Source: a virus
Length of the DNA: 64,000 nt
Strand: one strand, 5' to 3'
Virus record (IMG/VR): IMGVR_UViG_3300017717_002521
Coordinates: 1-64,000 of that record
Numbering within the stretch: the first letter of the stretch is position 1; each line of letters begins with the position of its first letter. Under the pieces are notes generated by a model that was not told where the DNA came from, searched no databases, and saw only the letters and a program-made list of their open reading frames with translations. The translations under genes were made by a program, and so were the position numbers. This document shows, piece after piece, positions 38,062 to 48,347 of the stretch.

Positions 38062-38570
38062 CATTCTTCAGTCAAACTGGAGCTGAGATAGCTGATTTAT
38101 CTGAAAATATTGGAAGATGGCCTGATATTATTATTACTAATAGTAGACCAGACCACTTAAGAACTATAGATCCTAGAATAGTAGAATACGGTTATACTGA
38201 AGTACCTAATAAACCTACAGTAAGTGATTTAGATGCTGTATTACAAGATAATGCTGTTATAACATTACATGGTTGGTTGAGGATAATGCCTGAAGTAATA
38301 TGTAATAAGTATTTGATTTATAATGGTCATCCTGGACTTATTACTAAATATCCTGAACTTAAGGGTAAAGATCCTCAAGTAAAAGCTCATAAACTTGGAC
38401 ATGAAGTAGCAGGTGCAGTTATACATAAAGTAACAGCAGGAGTAGATGAAGGTAGGATTATTATGGAGGAATATTTCAATGCTACTCAGTTGGATCTTGA
38501 TAGTTTATTTCGTATATTAAGAGATAGATCATTGTATATGTGGTCTAATCTACTTAAACAGGTTTTATGA
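38043..38570 (+). CDS. PurN-like formyltransferase (candidate preQ1 formyltransferase, DpdN-like)
   Basis: FSQTG, LHGWLRI, YNGHPGL, HKVTAGVDEG; overlaps the dpdA-like gene. Confidence 0.82.
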   Translation: MANKWITFFSQTGAEIADLSENIGRWPDIIITNSRPDHLRTIDPRIVEYGYTEVPNKPTVSDLDAVLQDNAVITLHGWLRIMPEVICNKYLIYNGHPGLITKYPELKGKDPQVKAHKLGHEVAGAVIHKVTAGVDEGRIIMEEYFNATQLDLDSLFRILRDRSLYMWSNLLKQVL

Positions 38571-39082
38571 TAAAAAGAATAGCTTTAGTTGGAGCAAGTA
38601 GTACTGGTAAGACTACTGTTTTTGAATTACTTAAGAATAAATTACCTAAGTATGAGTTCGTAAACGAATCTACTCGTAATGTAGCTAAGTACGGATTTCC
38701 TATTAATGAGTTTGGTACTGATGCTACTCAACTTGCTATTAGTAGCTTTCATTTAGAAGCTTTACTTAAACCTTATAATCTTATTCTAGATAGATGTTAT
38801 ATGGATCTTATAGTCTATACTAATCATATGGATGTTGATGATTCTACTAAAGATTATATAGAAGAGACTTGGCATAGAGTAAAAGGAGAGTATACTCATT
38901 ATATTTATTTTCCTATTGAATTTTAATCTGTAGATGATGGAGTAAGAAGTGTTAATGAGGATTGGAGAAAAGATATAGATAATGAATTTAAAAAGTATCT
39001 TGAGACTGTAAGAAAGCCTTACTTAACTATAACTGGTTCTCCTATGCAAAGGGTTAACCAAATATTAGAGTTTATAAAATGA
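38567..39082 (+). pseudogene. AAA_28 / NadR-like kinase interrupted by one in-frame TAA at 38924-38926
   Basis: GASSTGKTT and LDRC; after FPIEF-stop the frame continues SVDDGVRS...TITGSPMQRVNQILEFIK to a TGA at 39080-39082 overlapping the next ATG. Confidence 0.7.
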
Positions 39083-39432
39083 GAGTATGTAATGTCTGTC
39101 ATGAAGAAAAGAGAGATGTTAAATATAAACATGAAAGTAAAAAAACATGTATTAAATGCGAAACCAGATGGTGGAGAGTATTCCTCAGAGCTTTAGTTAA
39201 GGAACGTAGACTTACACCTATAGAGAGAATAGCTAATAGAGCAGGGTATATGGGATCAGCTTTTATTATGATGTCTCCTTACTTATTAAAATACGATAAT
39301 ATAGGAGCATACACATATGTTCTAGGAGCCTTACTTACCATACCTCAAGTATGGATTGCAAAGCAATGGAATATAGTAGCATTGAATATTAACCTTTTAG
39401 TCGGGTATGGACTATACATAATTAATTCTTAA
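39079..39432 (+). CDS. Zn-finger-like N-terminus fused to a 3-TM membrane domain
   Basis: CNVC...CIKC, then three hydrophobic helices similar to 33082..33300. Confidence 0.55.
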   Translation: MRVCNVCHEEKRDVKYKHESKKTCIKCETRWWRVFLRALVKERRLTPIERIANRAGYMGSAFIMMSPYLLKYDNIGAYTYVLGALLTIPQVWIAKQWNIVALNINLLVGYGLYIINS

Positions 39433-39434
39433 AT

Positions 39435-40340
39435 ATGAGTGAAGTTAAAAATTATGAAGCAGTAAAAGAAATTGCTTCTAAACATTTAGGTAAAGTAGGC
39501 GGTGATGGTTATAGTGATCAATACAACGCTGAATTATTAGTTAAAATACCTCGAGTATTAAATCGAGAGGGGTATGGATTAACCGGTAAAGAATTTAAAG
39601 GTGTTGATACCTGGAACGCCTATGAAGTATCAGCTATAACTACTAAAGGTCAACCCGTTGCTGGGATGTTAAAAATAGTTTGTCCTTCTGATAGTGAATA
39701 TCATGTAGAGTCAAAATCTATTAAACTATACCTTAATTCATTTAATATGACTGAGATTGGAGATACAGCAGCTGATTGTATTACCGGCATAGAAGCTAGA
39801 GTAAAAAGAGATTTAGATGAGTTATTGGAAACTATTACTACCATAAGCTTTTATGCTTCAGAATTTGAAACTGAACCTCTTTCTTTTGCTAATGATTATA
39901 AAGATCTAGGTGAGGAAGTTAACTTAGATTTGATAGACTTTACTGCATTTAAGTCAGATGCTACTCAATTAGAGGTAAAAGAAGAAGAAGGTGAAATAAA
40001 ATTTAGATCTAATCTATTAAGGTCTAACTGTAGAGTAACTAATCAGCCGGATTGGGGAGATGTATTTATTTATATGAAAGGAAGTAAATTACCTGTAGCT
40101 GATTCGTTAGCTAAATATATAGTAAGTCATAGGACAGTTAGTCATTTTCATGAGGAGATATGCGAAATGATATTTGCTCATCTAAGTGAAAGATTTGAAC
40201 CTGAGCAATTAATGGTGTCGTGTTTGTATACTCGTAGAGGAGGAATAGATATTAATCCTATTAGAGCTACTCATAGTTATTTAATACCAGAGTTTTTTAC
40301 TAACCCCGATTTTACTATTAGAAAAACTTTAAGACAGTAA
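39435..40340 (+). CDS. queF: NADPH-dependent preQ0 reductase (bimodular QueF)
   Basis: QueF motif VESKSIKLYLNSF, LRSNCRVTNQPDWG, FHEEICE, YTRRGGIDINP. Confidence 0.95.
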   Translation: MSEVKNYEAVKEIASKHLGKVGGDGYSDQYNAELLVKIPRVLNREGYGLTGKEFKGVDTWNAYEVSAITTKGQPVAGMLKIVCPSDSEYHVESKSIKLYLNSFNMTEIGDTAADCITGIEARVKRDLDELLETITTISFYASEFETEPLSFANDYKDLGEEVNLDLIDFTAFKSDATQLEVKEEEGEIKFRSNLLRSNCRVTNQPDWGDVFIYMKGSKLPVADSLAKYIVSHRTVSHFHEEICEMIFAHLSERFEPEQLMVSCLYTRRGGIDINPIRATHSYLIPEFFTNPDFTIRKTLRQ

Positions 40341-40612
40341 TGAATAAGTTTACATCAACCTACATAGTTTCATTATTAGCTATAATTTTAATATGGAATA
40401 TAAGCCCAGATATCGATAACGAACCTATGTTGATGGAACAAATCTCAGAAAACGAAAGAGTTGCAGAATCTATAGTACAGTACATTCAAGCTCCAAAAGG
40501 ATTTTTTGGATACATTAATGAGATACTTACAACTGTAATAGGTGTAGTGAACATAATAACATTTGGTTATCAAATGAAAGATAGAAAAAGAAAAACATTA
40601 AGACAGTAATGA
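40320..40612 (+). repeat. 24-nt imperfect direct repeat (40320-40343 and 40589-40612)
   Basis: AGAAAAAC(T/A)TTAAGACAGTAATGA twice, one mismatch. Confidence 0.8.
40340..40609 (+). CDS. Small membrane protein
   Basis: Two hydrophobic segments; ends RKTLRQ like queF. Confidence 0.55.
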   Translation: MNKFTSTYIVSLLAIILIWNISPDIDNEPMLMEQISENERVAESIVQYIQAPKGFFGYINEILTTVIGVVNIITFGYQMKDRKRKTLRQ

Positions 40613-40757
40613 TAGAAAAAGTAGAAGCATACATAATACAGCATTATAAAAGAATGTATGGTGATAAACCTCTAATTATTGAAGAATTCGATTCTCATTT
40701 TACAGTTAAGTCAAATAAGGATGAATCTCCTCTTATATTAGGCAAAAGTATAGTATA

Positions 40758-41018
40758 ATGGCTGAAAAAGAAATATTAGAACAAAACGAACTTATAGCAG
40801 AAAGAGTTCCTCCAGGAGACAATTGGAAGTTAGTTATAGACCAAACTAATACTATCGAAGGGTTAGTAATGGCATTAACGATGTATATGCGTAAAACTAA
40901 ATTTAAAGGTCACTATAGATTAGAACCTTTAAATGGTAAGTTATATGCTATTATAACTGAAGAAATTGAAATCGAAGAACCTGAACCAATGAAATTCGAT
41001 TTATATGGAGAGTACTAA
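40758..41018 (+). CDS. Hypothetical protein
   Basis: 86-aa ORF. Confidence 0.5.
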   Translation: MAEKEILEQNELIAERVPPGDNWKLVIDQTNTIEGLVMALTMYMRKTKFKGHYRLEPLNGKLYAIITEEIEIEEPEPMKFDLYGEY

Positions 41019-41590
41019 TGCAAATATCGCTCAAAAAATATGCGCATAAATACGAATATCTTAAATTAGAGTTGGAAGAAACTCAACAAAAGGTTACTGA
41101 TTATACTAAGTTATGGAATACTGAAATAGGTAAGTTTTATTTAGATCAAAAAATCACAGCCTGGGAAAATACAGATACTGGAGAAATAAGATTTAATAAC
41201 CCTAAAAATAAGAGCAAAAAAATTAAACCTGAAAAGTTAAAAAAACTCTATAGAACTCTTTCATCTATTACTCACCCAGATAAAGGAGGTTCAGAAGAAG
41301 AATTTTATTTAGTAAAAACTGATTACGAATCAGGAGATTTTATAGGATTACTTAAACATGCTGATAGTAAGAATATTAATGTAGATTTAGACGAACAAGA
41401 TATTTTTCTTTTTGAGGAAACCTGTAATGATATTGAAAGTGAAATTGAAGAAAATAAAAAATCTACTGTATGGAAATATTTTAACGGAGATCTACTTCAA
41501 AAAAAAGCTATTTTAAAAGGAATAGAAAAAGAATTTAAATTTACTTTTGAACAAAAAGATTATGATAAAATACTTAATTTAGTAGGTTAA
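41018..41590 (+). CDS. J-domain-like protein
   Basis: LKKLYRTLSSITHPDKGGSEEEF. Confidence 0.65.
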   Translation: MQISLKKYAHKYEYLKLELEETQQKVTDYTKLWNTEIGKFYLDQKITAWENTDTGEIRFNNPKNKSKKIKPEKLKKLYRTLSSITHPDKGGSEEEFYLVKTDYESGDFIGLLKHADSKNINVDLDEQDIFLFEETCNDIESEIEENKKSTVWKYFNGDLLQKKAILKGIEKEFKFTFEQKDYDKILNLVG

Positions 41591-41613
41591 CAGAGAAAAT
41601 ATTCTTATATTTA
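41581..41613 (+). promoter_or_regulatory. -33/-7 promoter (AGTAGG-N19-TATATTTA)
   Basis: Recurrent motif upstream of polA. Confidence 0.6.
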
Positions 41614-41632
41614 TTTTTATAAAAGGTTATAT

Positions 41633-44005
41633 ATGCAGTTAGAAAAAAAGTACTATACCGTCCAAGACTCAGAGACGTTAAAGTTAATGTTCCAACACAT
41701 TGAAGAGTCAGATACTCTAGCAGTCGATACTGAAACGACTGGTCTTAACCCTCGTAAGGATAAAATTATTGGATGGTCTATATCAGGAGATGAAGGTATT
41801 GGCTTTTATCTACCTACTCTAGTATGGAACTTCGAGCAAGGTACTTTAGACTTACAGACTATTGATGGTACTTCAACTGAAGTATTATCTAAAAACTTAC
41901 TTAAGATGTTATTAGGTAAGAAGCTAGTATTTCACAACGCTTCGTTTGATGTTCAGTTTATAAAAAACTATTTCGGAGTTAATCTACTACCTGATGTTTG
42001 GGTCGATACTGGACTACTTGTTCATACAGTTTATGAAGAAGGAGCATTTGGATTTGGTAATCCATTTGGTTTGAAATCTATTGCTATAATGAATCAAGAA
42101 GCATTAGGTTTAGATGTTGAGAAAGCTGCTAACGAAGAACAAGTTGAACTAAAAGAAAGTATTAAACGAAATGGTGGAAGCGTTACTAAAGAGAGTTTTG
42201 AAATATATAAAGCAGATTTGGATATCCTTTCTAAATATGCTAGTGCTGATACTGACCTCACACTTCGCATTTGTAATCTATATCTGGCTAAACTTAAGGA
42301 AGAAGGATTAGAAGATTTCTTTTTCAAAGATGAAGTTATGCCTATCTATCGTGAGGTTACCGTTCCTATGGAAGCTCATGGTGTAGACTTAGATACTGAA
42401 TTAATAGAGAAGATACATGGAGAGATTGTAGAAGATCAGAAAAAGAATAAAGAGATAGTAATGAAGTCTCTCTTAGCTATACCTGAAGTTAAAGAATGGG
42501 TAGTAGCTACGTCTATTGAAGCATACCCTTTTTCCCATAAAGGTAATTGGGCTCAGAGATTAGTACAAAGGTATTCTTTACCTTTACCTAAATCTGAAAA
42601 AACTGGTAAGTATTCTCTTACTGCAAAGTATATTAATGAACTAGAAGAATCAAACGTCAAGCAATTCCTACTAACCGGGGACCATACCCTTATTGAAGAC
42701 GTTGAAAAATATAGAATCTCTATGTCTCTTTGGAAAGAATCTAATGATGGAGATTATATCAATATACAATCTAAAAAGCACTTGGGTGAAATAGTCTTCG
42801 GTTACATGGGAATTCAACCTAAAGTATCAGGTGCTAATACTAAGTCCGGTAGAGATAAGTTCGATATGAAAATGGTTGAAGAGTTAGCGAAAACGTATCC
42901 CTGGGCAGAGAATCTTAGAGTCTATAATAAGTTACTTAAGATTAAATCTACTTACGTAGACAGGTTTAGAGACCGTCAGGAAGATGGTAGATATTACTTC
43001 TACTTTAAACAAAATGGTACTGTATCTGGTAGATATGGTTCTGACGCTCAACAGCTACCTAAACCTCTTGAAGAAGGAGAAGATGCTCCTGTGATTATGA
43101 AGTACGTTAATATTGTTAGACGTTTCTTGGTTGCCGGAAATGGTAGGAAGGTTATTGATGCAGATTACGAATCGTTAGAGCCTCACTGCTTTGCTTCAGT
43201 AACAGGAGATAAAAAACTACAAGAGATCTTTAATAATGGATGGGACTTTTATTCTACTGTTGCTATACAGACTGAAAAGCTAGAAGGAGTATCAGCAGAT
43301 AAAAAAGCTGATAACTATCTAAAGAAACTTGATCCTGTTAAACGTAATAAAGCTAAGGCATACTCATTAGGTATTGCTTATGGAATGGAAGCTTATGCTC
43401 TTAAAATGTCTCTTAACGTAGATCAAAAGACTGCTGAAGGATTAGTAAAAGGTTACTTAGATGGGTTTCCTCAACTCAAGGAATGGAGAGAAAGATCAAG
43501 AGAACAAGTCAAAGCTAATGGTAGAATACAGAACTATGTAGGACGTATTCGTCACTTACCTAAAGTTCAAAGACTCTATGATAAGTTTGAAGATCGTATG
43601 ATGGATTGGAGATTTAGAAAAGAGTTAGAGACTAGGATACCTCCTAAATATATTAAGAAAGACGGTGAGATAGTTAAGACTGTATCTCCTAGGGATCAAG
43701 TAACTCAAGCATATAGAGATTACCGTAACGGACTTAATAACTGTCTTAACTTTCAGTTACAGTCATTAGCAGCAGCGGTAGTTAACAGGGCTGCATTAAA
43801 GATAAACTTGAAAGCTAAAGAGTTAGGTATAGATGCTCTATGTCAAGCACAAGTACATGACCAGTTGATTATAAACGTAGATGAGAAAGATGCAGAAATG
43901 TTTGCTCCTTACGTACAAGAGATAATGGAGAATACTACTAAGTTACCTGGAGTAACTTTGAAAGCACCTCCTGAGATAGCTAATAACTGGGCAGAAGGAC
44001 ATTAA
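41633..44005 (+). CDS. polA: Family A DNA polymerase with 3'-5' exonuclease
   Basis: ExoI VDTETTGL, ExoII FHNASFD, ExoIII YASAD; motif A DADYESLEP, motif B RNKAKAYSLGIAYG, motif C QVHDQ. Confidence 0.95.
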   Translation: MQLEKKYYTVQDSETLKLMFQHIEESDTLAVDTETTGLNPRKDKIIGWSISGDEGIGFYLPTLVWNFEQGTLDLQTIDGTSTEVLSKNLLKMLLGKKLVFHNASFDVQFIKNYFGVNLLPDVWVDTGLLVHTVYEEGAFGFGNPFGLKSIAIMNQEALGLDVEKAANEEQVELKESIKRNGGSVTKESFEIYKADLDILSKYASADTDLTLRICNLYLAKLKEEGLEDFFFKDEVMPIYREVTVPMEAHGVDLDTELIEKIHGEIVEDQKKNKEIVMKSLLAIPEVKEWVVATSIEAYPFSHKGNWAQRLVQRYSLPLPKSEKTGKYSLTAKYINELEESNVKQFLLTGDHTLIEDVEKYRISMSLWKESNDGDYINIQSKKHLGEIVFGYMGIQPKVSGANTKSGRDKFDMKMVEELAKTYPWAENLRVYNKLLKIKSTYVDRFRDRQEDGRYYFYFKQNGTVSGRYGSDAQQLPKPLEEGEDAPVIMKYVNIVRRFLVAGNGRKVIDADYESLEPHCFASVTGDKKLQEIFNNGWDFYSTVAIQTEKLEGVSADKKADNYLKKLDPVKRNKAKAYSLGIAYGMEAYALKMSLNVDQKTAEGLVKGYLDGFPQLKEWRERSREQVKANGRIQNYVGRIRHLPKVQRLYDKFEDRMMDWRFRKELETRIPPKYIKKDGEIVKTVSPRDQVTQAYRDYRNGLNNCLNFQLQSLAAAVVNRAALKINLKAKELGIDALCQAQVHDQLIINVDEKDAEMFAPYVQEIMENTTKLPGVTLKAPPEIANNWAEGH

Positions 44006-44013
44006 CTTTAAAA

Positions 44014-44712
44014 ATGAATATAAAATTAATTTGTTGCATAGGGCTAGATTATGACTTAAATTTAGTTCCTCATTTTAGTAAACATTATTCTCAATATAAT
44101 ATAGATTCGTTTCATTTTATATTAAATAAAAAAGATGAATTTAATACTACTGATTATAAAAAGTACTTCACCAACTTAATTTCAAATGGAGTAACGTTTC
44201 ATAGCTGGGTAGGAGAATTTAATACTGTAGATAAGATTAATAAATTTAATAAAGTAATAGAAAGCTCCTCTGAATCTCATATTCTATTAGCAGATGTTGA
44301 CGAATTTCAAATACATAAAGGAGGAATTTATAAGGACTATGTATGGGGAAATTTAATTGATAGAGTACCTAATAATAACTTAACAAAAAAAGTAACTAAT
44401 AGAGATTTAAATAAACAGTTTCCTTTAAAAAGTAATTTAACTAATTGGGATAATACTATTAAACCTTGTGTATTTCCTTCTTCGGAAAGATTGCAAACAT
44501 CCCATTATATTACCACCCCGTATAATAATGAAGATACTATAGAAGTTAACCATTACCGATGGACTAACACAAGATTACAAAAATCTAAAGATAGATATCG
44601 TATTTATTCTAGACTTAATAAAGAAGGTAAACGATGGCCATCTGGTCATAAATTTGACTCACAAGACAGTTTACATGTTATTAGTAAACTACAACCTAAG
44701 TCTATTATATGA
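44014..44712 (+). CDS. Glycosyltransferase family 2-like
   Basis: ADVDEF, LIDR, VNHYRW. Confidence 0.6.
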   Translation: MNIKLICCIGLDYDLNLVPHFSKHYSQYNIDSFHFILNKKDEFNTTDYKKYFTNLISNGVTFHSWVGEFNTVDKINKFNKVIESSSESHILLADVDEFQIHKGGIYKDYVWGNLIDRVPNNNLTKKVTNRDLNKQFPLKSNLTNWDNTIKPCVFPSSERLQTSHYITTPYNNEDTIEVNHYRWTNTRLQKSKDRYRIYSRLNKEGKRWPSGHKFDSQDSLHVISKLQPKSII

Positions 44713-45437
44713 ATCAAATAACCTCTGTACTTACCGTAGTTGAAAGACCCGAATACTTAAATACTCAAATAGACTGTATAAAAAATCAAAGTATAAACTC
44801 AGATATATTCATAGTTTGGAGGAATAAACAGCAATATGATCTTAAATACCCAGCTATACTATATTTTAATGAATCTAGTCATTTTAATTCATTATATGGT
44901 AGATTTTATAATTCTTTACATATTAAAACTCCTTATGTGTTTATTTGCGACGACGATTTATTACCCGGCAAAAAATATTTAGAAAGATGTATAGAATTTA
45001 GTAAATCTAAAAACGATAAAGTAGTTATATCTTCATATGGTATGAAATTTAAAGAAGGAGAAAAAAAATATAATGTTAATAAAAGAATAAATCATAATAC
45101 CTTTCCAAAAGTTCCTGTTAAAGTTGATATGGGAGGTCAAGGATGGTTTATGAAAACCGAATTACTTAAACTCTTTACTTCTTACCCTTATCTTTTAGAT
45201 GATTCAGGAGAAGATATACATTTTTCATTTTGTTTGTTTAAAAATAGTATAGATATTTTTGTATTGGATAAAGATATTGATAATAAAGATACATGGCAAG
45301 ATACTTGCAGAGGATCAAGAGGTAATGATGAAAAAGCTCAATGGAAAAATACTACTCATAAAATAGTAAGAGATAAACTTATAGATAAGTATACGTCTTT
45401 AGGTTGGAAATTTAACATAAATAAGTCTTTTTTGTAG
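44709..45437 (+). CDS. GT-A glycosyltransferase
   Basis: YGRF, FICDDDLLPG, VDMGGQGWF, GEDIHFS. Confidence 0.7.
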   Translation: MNQITSVLTVVERPEYLNTQIDCIKNQSINSDIFIVWRNKQQYDLKYPAILYFNESSHFNSLYGRFYNSLHIKTPYVFICDDDLLPGKKYLERCIEFSKSKNDKVVISSYGMKFKEGEKKYNVNKRINHNTFPKVPVKVDMGGQGWFMKTELLKLFTSYPYLLDDSGEDIHFSFCLFKNSIDIFVLDKDIDNKDTWQDTCRGSRGNDEKAQWKNTTHKIVRDKLIDKYTSLGWKFNINKSFL

Positions 45438-45468
45438 TTGTCTATTAATTATTTTTTTCGTATATTTA
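45436..45468 (+). promoter_or_regulatory. -33/-7 promoter (AGTTGT-N19-TATATTTA) of hsp20
   Basis: Recurrent motif. Confidence 0.65.
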
Positions 45469-45474
45469 TAATAA

Positions 45475-45985
45475 AGAAGATCGACCTCAGAGCGAACTTA
45501 ATTTTTTTTAACCCGAGTAGCTTAGGCACTCACAAATATAAATGATATGAATACATTTTTAACAGAACGTAATCCGTTCGACATTTTAGTAAGGAATTTC
45601 TTCCAAGACGCAGGAGCATACAGACCTCTTGCAGAATCCAAATTACCCCACCCAGTAGATATTTACGAAAGAGACAACGGTCTAGGACTAGACATAGCTT
45701 GTACCGGAATCTCAAAAGAAGATATTGAAATTCTTATTGAGGGTAATATAATCAGAGTTAATTACGATAAACCTAAAGAGGATGATTTAGGCGAATATAT
45801 CCATAGAGGTATCGCTAAAAGATCATTTAACCTAGGTTGGAAAATTGATAGTAGATTTAATCTATCTAAAGCAACAGCCGAATTTAAAAACGGACTGTTA
45901 CAAATAGTTATACCTTTTGCTAAAGGGTTAGAACCAAAAACTTTAACAATTAGCTAAATAAACCAGCTCTGAGGTTTGCTCTTCT
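45475..45985 (+). repeat. Long-range inverted repeat flanking hsp20 (arms 45475-45493 and 45966-45985)
   Basis: ACCTCAGAGC/GCTCTGAGGT perfect 10 bp plus AGAAGA/TCTTCT. Confidence 0.7.
45547..45957 (+). CDS. Small heat-shock protein (Hsp20/IbpA family)
   Basis: PVDIYE, YIHRGIAKRSF, AEFKNGLLQI. Confidence 0.92.
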   Translation: MNTFLTERNPFDILVRNFFQDAGAYRPLAESKLPHPVDIYERDNGLGLDIACTGISKEDIEILIEGNIIRVNYDKPKEDDLGEYIHRGIAKRSFNLGWKIDSRFNLSKATAEFKNGLLQIVIPFAKGLEPKTLTIS

Positions 45986-46005
45986 ATTAATTTATCTTAT
46001 ATTAA
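45973..46005 (+). promoter_or_regulatory. -33/-7 promoter (GGTTTG-N19-TATATTAA) of groES-groEL
   Basis: Recurrent motif. Confidence 0.6.
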
Positions 46006-46022
46006 TTAAAAACGTTATATAA

Positions 46023-47971
<1,949 letters not shown>

Positions 47972-48067
47972 TAACAGTAGAGCAGATATTTAAATTAGTT
48001 AAAGAGAATCCTAACGATATGGAGTTGGGTTCTAAAATTAGAGAATTATATTTTAAAAACAAAGAAA

Positions 48068-48238
48068 ATGGATAAACAAGAATTATTTGAAGCAATCGCA
48101 ACACAGTTTGCAATCTTAGAAGAAAACAATGAAGGAGCTACTAAAGCTTCACAAGCAAGAGCTCGTAAAGCAGCAGGAGAGATTAAGAAATTAATTACTC
48201 CCTACAAGAAAGCGAACATGGACGCTGTGAAGGGGTAG
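48068..48238 (+). CDS. Histone H1-like (Hc1-type) small DNA-binding protein, 56 aa (not in ORF track)
   Basis: TKASQARARKAAGEIKKL resembles the Hc1 NKAAxxRARK signature. Confidence 0.65.
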   Translation: MDKQELFEAIATQFAILEENNEGATKASQARARKAAGEIKKLITPYKKANMDAVKG

Positions 48239-48280
48239 GGCGTTTCCTCCTCTCACGAAGTGCCACGCGCATTTTCAACT

Positions 48281-48310
48281 AAGCCCTGCCGGAAACGGTG
48301 GGGTTTTTTT
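48281..48310 (+). terminator. Intrinsic terminator
   Basis: AAGCCCTGCCG-GAAA-CGGTGGGGTTT followed by a T-run. Confidence 0.85.
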
Positions 48311-48347
48311 ATATATTTATATTTACATTACAGATATAAGAGAAAAA

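Noticed and set aside
38924-38926. Stop-codon reassignment (alternative genetic code) suggested by the in-frame TAA
   Set aside because: TAA, TAG and TGA all end well-conserved genes at the expected positions elsewhere; I noticed only this one interruption
45515-45531. CIRCE operator upstream of hsp20/groESL
   Set aside because: TTAGGCACTC resembles a CIRCE half-site, but the arms are in reverse order with no 9-nt spacer; better explained as an RNA hairpin
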